Positions 47,778-54,235 of a stretch of 64,000 nucleotides of DNA are shown one piece after another; the stretch's first letter is position 1; every line of letters begins with the position of its first letter. The stretch is taken from contig QZJO01000011.1 in NCBI GenBank assembly GCA_003599755.1, positions 66,424-130,423 of the forward strand. Reading direction: 5' to 3'. The position numbers were made by a program, and so were the translations under genes. The notes beneath the pieces were generated by a model. That model saw only the letters and a list, made by a program, of their open reading frames with translations, had not been told where the DNA came from and made no database searches. The stretch is from Candidatus Parcubacteria bacterium. GTDB taxonomy: Bacteria; Patescibacteriota; Minisyncoccia; Sungbacterales; SURF-37.

Positions 47778-48608
47778 TTAGATACCGAGCAGCTGAACGA
47801 TGACGCTTGGCTTCCAGACCTGCCCTAAATTTGATAGTTCGCTTAACTCCTCATCTTGGACCCGACCAGAGTATATACCCATGAATTTCGTTCGCGGTGG
47901 TACACCAAGCTGGAAACCCTCTGACGAATGAATGAGACCCGATCTATATGCGATCACAGGAGAACCCGACATACCTTTTTTTGTTGACGCGTCAATTAGA
48001 AAGATTGGCCTCTTCGCATAGTCGATATCGATATCCGAGGCGACGTGACCCGTCTTCCAAATTGGAAATTTACCAAAAGCCGATTGATTGTACGGGAATC
48101 CGATTATTGAAACGGGATCCGATGGCAAGATTATAAGATCTGTATTCGCAAGGGTGATATCCAGTGGGTGCACATCGATATCGTTCGTGACCTCGATCGG
48201 TAGAGCGATGACATCTGCTTTTCCATCTGCCGTGTCTATCTCCTTCCACGTGAGTTTGCCATTTCCATCTTGTAGGGAAACATCCTTCGGAATCCATTTA
48301 CCGAGCAAGTCTTTTCGGTGATGCCAGATTCGAATCGTGTTAGGTATTGCAGCTAGCCCCGAAAGTGGATTATCTGTTTTAGGATCTCGTCCAGATACGA
48401 CATGCCAGTTCGTTATCAAGAAATGCTCTCCATCTCTGGCAACAATAAATCCGGTACCGGAGCCCAGTTGTTGGGCATTAAAAAAGATTTCCAGATGGAG
48501 CGAAATTGCCGTAAGGGGATGCACGATTGGCATAGTTGTTTCTCGAAGATATTGCGGCCAGGACATGGCCTGAGTCATCGTTATGTTCGAACCTCTAATT
48601 CTTCGCAT
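47778..48608 (-). CDS. trypsin-like (S1/chymotrypsin-fold) serine peptidase
   Basis: GSGTGFIV...HFLITNWHVV (His), D, and TKKGMSGSPV (Ser) catalytic triad context; about 48% GC vs about 65% flanks; start 48608/48578/48533 uncertain. Confidence 0.7.
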   Translation of the reverse strand: MRRIRGSNITMTQAMSWPQYLRETTMPIVHPLTAISLHLEIFFNAQQLGSGTGFIVARDGEHFLITNWHVVSGRDPKTDNPLSGLAAIPNTIRIWHHRKDLLGKWIPKDVSLQDGNGKLTWKEIDTADGKADVIALPIEVTNDIDVHPLDITLANTDLIILPSDPVSIIGFPYNQSAFGKFPIWKTGHVASDIDIDYAKRPIFLIDASTKKGMSGSPVIAYRSGLIHSSEGFQLGVPPRTKFMGIYSGRVQDEELSELSNLGQVWKPSVIVQLLGI

Positions 48609-48863
48609 CAAACCGATTCAATTTTGAACTTTTGGCCTTCCATTTTTGACAATGCTCGGGCGGCAGGATCCCGGCGCTCTGCGCCTAGAACCGTCGCGGC
48701 ACGCGCACTGCATGCGCTAACGCCGCTCTTTGAAACCTTGCGGTTTCAATACTTCCACCACGGGGAAACTCCCGTTTCCCCGACCTCCCTTCTCTGGTTC
48801 GAATCCTACGCGCCTCGTGCATCAAAATCAAAACCCCTCGCAAGGAGAGGTTTTGATTTCGAA

Positions 48864-49070
48864 CTCCGAAAGCGAGACGACGTTCGAACCTTAACGATCA
48901 AATTAGTCCGCGACGTTTATGAAAGCATACGCGAGTTCGGTCTCGCGCTCAATCTGCCGACGTTCGCTTTTGTTCCGGGTCGCCGTGACGACGCCTCGCG
49001 GTGGCGTCCTTCTCACATTATGAATTCGGAGCAGGCCGCCAAGTGGGAGAAACCGGCCGCATGAGGCCGG
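48864..49070 (+). repeat. 207-bp direct repeat, copy 2
   Basis: See copy 1; the two copies bracket the 1.9-kb protease cassette. Confidence 0.85.
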
Positions 49071-49120
49071 TCCGCGTTCGAGCGTTTCATGGTAGAAGCT
49101 AGATAACGAATCAGCAGTAG

Positions 49121-51004
49121 CTATTCGCCCATCTCTCCGAGGAAGCGGGATCTCTCCTTTCCAACGATCCTTCCACCATGCCGATGCGTTTCTCTGCCTG
49201 TTCGCTGAGAGGCCCATGACATCAGTAACGACTGTTTCGAGCGGGTAACCGAGACGAAGAAAAGGCGCCGGCGCTCCTCGATGTTCGGCATCTCCCCCGG
49301 CATGAGATCGTCCTCCAGCGCGGGAATAAAAACGATTGGCGCCTCGAGGCCTTTGGCGCTGTGCATGGTAAGAATCCGTACCTTATCCGGGAGTTCCGCA
49401 TCCTTTCCCTCGAGCTTGCCAGCTTCTCGCTCCTGCTCGAAATTCTGCAGGAGCTCGCTTAGTTTCATCACATTCTCCTTCCCCGCCTGCCTTGCAAAGT
49501 ATTCCTGTGCGATCCCTATTCCCTTATCATCAGCGCATTGTGGTGCATCTCGGATAATGGTCGGGATGATTGTTTCGAAATTCCTTTCAGCAGCACGTTC
49601 GGACATCTTCCGATGAAATTCTCCTACGAGACGTCGGTGCCGAATATCGGGATAGCGACTGGGGTCCTTTGCGACATTTTGAGTTGCCGCCCAAAGTGAC
49701 TGCCCGTTTGCCTGAGCCAGATCACGAAGATGTTTAATGGTCTCTGCCCCAATGCCATCGTGCGCGCCAAGACATTGGCGTGCAGCCAGATTATCTGACT
49801 GATCAGCCAGGAGTCCGAGTACCGCGAGGAGTTGAGCGAAACATTCAGAGTCGAATGGACCAGCTATTCTCAATTGAACATCGGTCGGAATATTGGCTAC
49901 CCGAAGCGCTGAGATGTAATCATCCGCAACTCCACCATCGCCAAAGAGAATCATCATCTCACGGTACTGAGCGCCACGTTCGTGAAGTTCCTCGACCTTA
50001 GCGACCAGCCATTGGATTTCTGCTTTTTTGCTTCGCAACCAGAAGGTTGCGACTGTGCCCCCATTCTGCGCGGCAACAAGGTTGGCCTTTCCTGGAATTC
50101 TTATCCTGTTGTTGCGAATCAAGGCATTTGCTTTATCGATTATGGCGGACGGGCAGCGATGGCATTTTGTTAGAAGGAGCGTCGTGGTGCCAGCGACGCG
50201 GTCGTGGAAATCAACCAGTCCATTGGGTCGAGCGAAGCGCTGGGTCTCATAGATGCTTTGGTCCTCATCGCCCACTACACAAAGACCACGAGGGTTACCT
50301 ATCAGAAGACGTACCAGCTCTTGATCGCTATGATTCAGGTCCTGGTATTCATCGACGAGTAGATAATGAATCCTCGCCTGCTCTCTTTCGCGAATGTTGG
50401 GATGGGCTTCAAAGATGCGCAACACAGCGTGAACAACTCGAAACCAATCGACACCACCATAGAATCCCTGAATCGCCTCGTACGCTTCGGTGAACCTATG
50501 ATAGGTCTCCGTTGCTTGGGGGCTCCTGCGAATCCAGTTCGGGATACCAGCGCCGCTCAATTCGGCCCTGTACGCGTTTAGATATGTTTTTATATTGCCC
50601 TGTCCTCTGAAAGGCAGTCGTAGACCGATCGCATTTAGATCGACCATCACATCTTGGATAAGGATTCTTGTTTCATGCTCACTTAAGGGTCGAACCGTTT
50701 GTTTCATTCCAACTAGGTCAGCGTGCTGTTTTAGAATCCCCATCGCTTTCGAGTGAAGCGTCCGGACATCAGGCATTCGATCCGGAGCGATGCCCTCGCG
50801 TTCGAGACGCTGCCGCATCTCTTTCGCCGCCGCACGCGTAAACGTCACCGCGAGCATCGTTTTTGGATCAATTTTGTCCTTAGTGAGCAGATCAACTATT
50901 CGAGCGACCAGACACATGGTCTTTCCAGTTCCAGGACCAGCAACAACGCGGAGAGGGCTATCCCTGTGATCCACGACTTGCTGCTGCTCGTCGCTCAGAT
51001 TCAT
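49121..51004 (-). CDS. UvrD/PcrA-like superfamily-1 DNA helicase (627 aa, lower GC)
   Basis: Motif I AGPGTGKT, motif II LLVDEYQD, motif V TMHSAKGLE, motif VI VSVTRSK. Confidence 0.8.
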   Translation of the reverse strand: MNLSDEQQQVVDHRDSPLRVVAGPGTGKTMCLVARIVDLLTKDKIDPKTMLAVTFTRAAAKEMRQRLEREGIAPDRMPDVRTLHSKAMGILKQHADLVGMKQTVRPLSEHETRILIQDVMVDLNAIGLRLPFRGQGNIKTYLNAYRAELSGAGIPNWIRRSPQATETYHRFTEAYEAIQGFYGGVDWFRVVHAVLRIFEAHPNIREREQARIHYLLVDEYQDLNHSDQELVRLLIGNPRGLCVVGDEDQSIYETQRFARPNGLVDFHDRVAGTTTLLLTKCHRCPSAIIDKANALIRNNRIRIPGKANLVAAQNGGTVATFWLRSKKAEIQWLVAKVEELHERGAQYREMMILFGDGGVADDYISALRVANIPTDVQLRIAGPFDSECFAQLLAVLGLLADQSDNLAARQCLGAHDGIGAETIKHLRDLAQANGQSLWAATQNVAKDPSRYPDIRHRRLVGEFHRKMSERAAERNFETIIPTIIRDAPQCADDKGIGIAQEYFARQAGKENVMKLSELLQNFEQEREAGKLEGKDAELPDKVRILTMHSAKGLEAPIVFIPALEDDLMPGEMPNIEERRRLFFVSVTRSKQSLLMSWASQRTGRETHRHGGRIVGKERSRFLGEMGE

Positions 51005-51209
51005 AATCCCGGATATGTTCGAACTTTTCTTTGAGAGGTCATGCGATTACTTTAAAACGTTGTTGTTTCTGGGTGTTTAGGACATAACCTCTCCGGAGTA
51101 TCGCCGCCTCAGAAACCGGCCTACTTCGGCCGGTTTCTCCGTCTAGTCGCCATCCTGCGGGGTCGTAAAGTGAGCACAGGTTCGATCAGAACTGCCGGCT
51201 CCTTGCGAA

Positions 51210-51401
51210 ATGAACATGAACGAAACCGCAGGGTATCGAGCGTTCCAGGCACGCGTCCGTGCCTGGGGCGATCTCTTCGCATCAATGGGTCTCCCCATGA
51301 AGGCGGACGATGTCGAGACTGTCGCGACGTATGCAGCGGCAATCGAAGAAGTGATTCGGAAAAGTCGTCGGAATTCGCGTAAGCGTATTAGTCGAAAGTA
51401 G
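51210..51401 (+). CDS. possible small helical protein (63 aa) next to tRNA
   Basis: ORF only; no RBS; speculative. Confidence 0.15.
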   Translation: MNMNETAGYRAFQARVRAWGDLFASMGLPMKADDVETVATYAAAIEEVIRKSRRNSRKRISRK

Positions 51402-51514
51402 CTAGATAACTGCGGGGACGTCGGCGAGAGGATCGAACCGTGGGGATGAGTCCAGGTTCGAATCCCACGCCTGGGTGAGGTTGAAACGCGCGCATTTATG
51501 CGCAAAATGACCGA

Positions 51515-51586
51515 CTCCGGCGGCAGGATTCGAACCTGCGACCATCTCGTTAACAGCGAGCCGCTCTACCACTGAGCTACGCCGGA
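51515..51586 (-). tRNA. tRNA-Asn (anticodon GUU)
   Basis: Cloverleaf readable on minus strand: acceptor TCCGGCG/CGCCGGA, D-arm GCTC-AGTGGTA-GAGC, anticodon stem-loop GCTCG-CTGTTAA-CGAGA, T-arm GCAGG-TTCGAAT-CCTGC; CCA not encoded. Confidence 0.7.
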
Positions 51587-51589
51587 ATA
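51569..51589. repeat. 21-bp direct repeat ccactgagctacgccggaata (copy A, overlaps tRNA 5-prime end)
   Basis: Identical 21-mer recurs at about 51871..51891, bracketing the GIY-YIG ORF. Confidence 0.6.
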
Positions 51590-51825
51590 AGGTTATGCTT
51601 TCGAATGTACTTTCTGCCTGCTGCACTCTTCAGATATCGCTCACGTTCTCGCGCTTCCTCAATCGTATTGCATTCTTCTGTATATATCACTTTCCACGGA
51701 GCATACCGGCTAGAGAAGGTTCCTTGCCCATTATTATGCTCATGAAGTCTGCGGTCTAGATCCGTAGTGCTGCCGGTATATGTCTTTTTCGCCGTTTTAC
51801 TTTTGAGGATGTACACTATCGCCAT
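51577..51825 (-). CDS. GIY-YIG nuclease family small protein
   Basis: IVYILKSKTAKKTYTGSTTDLDRRLHEHNNG...WKVIYTEECNTIEEARERERYLK; 3-prime end overlaps the tRNA-Asn 5-prime end. Confidence 0.65.
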   Translation of the reverse strand: MAIVYILKSKTAKKTYTGSTTDLDRRLHEHNNGQGTFSSRYAPWKVIYTEECNTIEEARERERYLKSAAGRKYIRKHNLIPA

Positions 51826-51870
51826 ACCGCTCTACCCGCCTCGCGTCGACTCGCCGCGAGTCGAGGCGGG

Positions 51871-51891
51871 CCACTGAGCTACGCCGGAATA
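51871..51891. repeat. 21-bp direct repeat copy B (tRNA-Asn 5-prime fragment) preceded by a GC hairpin
   Basis: ccactgagctacgccggaata preceded by gtcgactcgccgcgagtcgag palindrome; approximate coordinates. Confidence 0.55.
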
Positions 51892-51996
51892 TGTATCCGC
51901 CCCTTTAATAAGAACTTCCATCTGAAATCTCCGCGGGCCGCTGAGCTTCCGATGTGCGACTGAACATCGCAAGGATACGCCAAAATCGATCAGAAA

Positions 51997-52344
51997 TCAA
52001 TACGGATAAAAGATCGAAGCCACCCGCTTGGGTGGCTTCGCATAACGGCGGCACCAGGAAAGAATCCGGTCGGCCGATGGATCGGCGATGCCGGTCGTCC
52101 CCCAGCGGAAGATGCCGTTGCAGAACCGCTGGCCCGCCGGCGTGTTCGGCCGAATGCAGTGCTCGATTGCGTACGGCCGCTCCTCGATCATGAGTCCGTC
52201 CGCGCGCCGGCAAGCATAGGCGAGTAGGACATCGGGCTCGATGAGCAGGGTGCCGAGCAGCATGGCAAGAAACACGGCAACAAAGGTCAGGGCGATCACC
52301 GCCCCGTACAGCATGAAGCGCGTGCGATCGAATGCGCCTCGCAT
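51997..52344 (-). CDS. hypothetical membrane-anchored protein
   Basis: ORF with TM segment LYGAVIALTFVAVFLAMLLGTLLI; no RBS found. Confidence 0.25.
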   Translation of the reverse strand: MRGAFDRTRFMLYGAVIALTFVAVFLAMLLGTLLIEPDVLLAYACRRADGLMIEERPYAIEHCIRPNTPAGQRFCNGIFRWGTTGIADPSADRILSWCRRYAKPPKRVASIFYPY

Positions 52345-52491
52345 GCTACACCCCTTTCCCGCATGGTCGCGGACGATTTTATGAACCTAGGGCATTCTCT
52401 ATTATATAGCAATCCGCTATAAGGAAAGGCCTCACCCGAGAGAGCCGTGCTTGGCTTCCCCGGGTGAGGCCTATGCTCTGTGAAGACGCGT

Positions 52492-52785
52492 TCACGGCGC
52501 CGCTGCCAACGTATATCCCCTCGCACGGAGGAAGCATTCGATGTACTCGCGGCACTCATCGCTGATCAGCTCGGCGCACTGCGGCGGGAAGAACGTGACC
52601 TCCGTTGATCCGATCGGACGCAGGAGTTCGAAGGTCGTGTGTCCCAGCCCATCCTTGAGCCCGGCATGACCGATGAACCATACGTCGCCGCGTTCTGTGA
52701 CCGGCACCACGCGGATGTTCTCTGCGGCCTTCTTGGGCGCTTTCTGGAACAGTCGGGAAGCCAGTGCTTTGATCCCCGCTAGCAT
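52492..52785 (-). CDS. hypothetical protein (97 aa)
   Basis: GAGGAGG RBS before internal ATG 52785. Confidence 0.45.
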   Translation of the reverse strand: MLAGIKALASRLFQKAPKKAAENIRVVPVTERGDVWFIGHAGLKDGLGHTTFELLRPIGSTEVTFFPPQCAELISDECREYIECFLRARGYTLAAAP

Positions 52786-52892
52786 GGCGCACCTCCTCGA
52801 TGCGGGTATGCTAACAGGAACGGTATTTTTCGCAATGCCGAAAAACACTCCTCCTTTGAAGAGGTTGGGGATATTCGGTTAACAATGATGGC

Positions 52893-54218
52893 CTAGATCT
52901 CGCACGAGACCGATACCTCCTCGTCGATGCAGGTGTCGGTTCCCCCGCCGCCGTGTACGGTATCCGTGCCCGGGCCGCCGTCGAGGAGATCGTCCCCGTT
53001 GCCGCCCTGCAGCTGGTCATTGCCGTCTTCGCCGTAGAGCTCATCGTCGTCATTGCTGCCGGTCGCGTTGTCATTTCCGCCGCCGAGGCGGATGACGTCA
53101 TTCCCGTTTCCGCCGCTGACCGTGTCATTGCCGCTGCCGGTCACGATTTCGTCATTCCCGTTTCCACCGGAAACCGTGTTGTTTCCTTCGCCGCCGAAAA
53201 TATCATCGTCCCCATTACCGCCCGTAATAACGTCATCGCCGTTGCCGCCGTAGATCGTGTCATTCCCCGCGCCGGCATTTACTTCGTCGTTGCCATCGCC
53301 CAAATCAATCCAGTCATCGCCGTCGCCGGTCTGGACTTCGTCGTTGCCGCCGTAGGCATACACGGTCGCGGGGCCATCGGATTGGATGATGAGGTCGCGG
53401 CCGGGCGTTCCGCAGATGATGTCGGTTCCATCCTCGGCTTTGGCCATGTCCGTGCCATTGCCGTCGTACATGACGATCACGTCATCAACGCCGTCGAACG
53501 CGCGCAAGATCCCGTTATAAGAGCTTCCGTCATCGCGGCCGCCGTGGATGATTTCGTTGGCATCCACCCAAATGGTCGCCGGGTGGCCCTCGCAAAACGG
53601 CGCATCGGTCGGGACGCTCTGGACCTCCACTACTAAATCGCAGCCGAACGTTTCGCCGGCAAGCGCGGGATCGAGCTGGTATTCGGACGCGACGCCCGAA
53701 TCCTGGGAGCACTGTCCCATGAAGCAGGGCACATGCAAGTCAATAATCCATTGATCCGCGGTGTCGCTTTCGGATTTCGCGAGCGTTCCGACGGCGATGC
53801 TGGAGGTTGCACTCGGATCATGGAATGCGGGCACGCCGGTGTCGTTGGCCGGCGCGTTGTCCGGGGTTTTGGAAAGATACGGGCAGAGCGACCGATAACA
53901 GCGGGCATAGTCGGTCGGGTTTTCCCGGCAATACGCGCGTTCCTCTTCGCTGTCGGTGCGGGGCTTGGGCCGCTGGACGATGCGATATTCGACTTCATCG
54001 AGGTTCGGGTTGGCGATGAACGCCGATGAAAGGTCGATGTTGATGGGCTCGAGATGCACTTCGCCCGGAAATACGGTCGAGAACGAAATGATATTGGGCG
54101 TGACGGAGAGGTTCGCGTTGATGGTGACGTGGTTTGCGCTGACGCCAAGCGTGCCGAACGCGGCAATTGCCAAAAAGCCGGCCGCAGCTACAAGCAGGCG
54201 CACGACGTATGAATTCAT
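52893..54218 (-). CDS. secreted protein: SipW-cognate-like signal plus conserved ~230-aa N-domain plus C-terminal RTX-type Ca-binding nonapeptide repeats
   Basis: N-domain shares VEYRIVQRPKP...CFMGQCSQD...FGCDLVVEV blocks with the 58526, 60375 and 61756 paralogs; C-terminus GGNGNDxIxGGxGND repeats. Confidence 0.65.
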   Translation of the reverse strand: MNSYVVRLLVAAAGFLAIAAFGTLGVSANHVTINANLSVTPNIISFSTVFPGEVHLEPINIDLSSAFIANPNLDEVEYRIVQRPKPRTDSEEERAYCRENPTDYARCYRSLCPYLSKTPDNAPANDTGVPAFHDPSATSSIAVGTLAKSESDTADQWIIDLHVPCFMGQCSQDSGVASEYQLDPALAGETFGCDLVVEVQSVPTDAPFCEGHPATIWVDANEIIHGGRDDGSSYNGILRAFDGVDDVIVMYDGNGTDMAKAEDGTDIICGTPGRDLIIQSDGPATVYAYGGNDEVQTGDGDDWIDLGDGNDEVNAGAGNDTIYGGNGDDVITGGNGDDDIFGGEGNNTVSGGNGNDEIVTGSGNDTVSGGNGNDVIRLGGGNDNATGSNDDDELYGEDGNDQLQGGNGDDLLDGGPGTDTVHGGGGTDTCIDEEVSVSCEI

Positions 54219-54235
54219 TCCCGGAATATGACTAG

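Noticed and set aside
48402-49064. 220-aa plus-strand ORF covering direct-repeat copy 2
   Set aside because: Mostly antisense to the S1 peptidase gene. Its conserved C-terminus is simply the 207-bp repeat read in one frame, the same ending as ORF 46711..46956, so it is a repeat artefact rather than a gene.
51400-51480. tRNA-like fragment with GGTTCGAATCC and GGATCGAACC motifs
   Set aside because: Cannot be folded into a complete cloverleaf (T-stems do not pair, no anticodon arm); treated as a tRNA remnant or att-site debris, not a gene.
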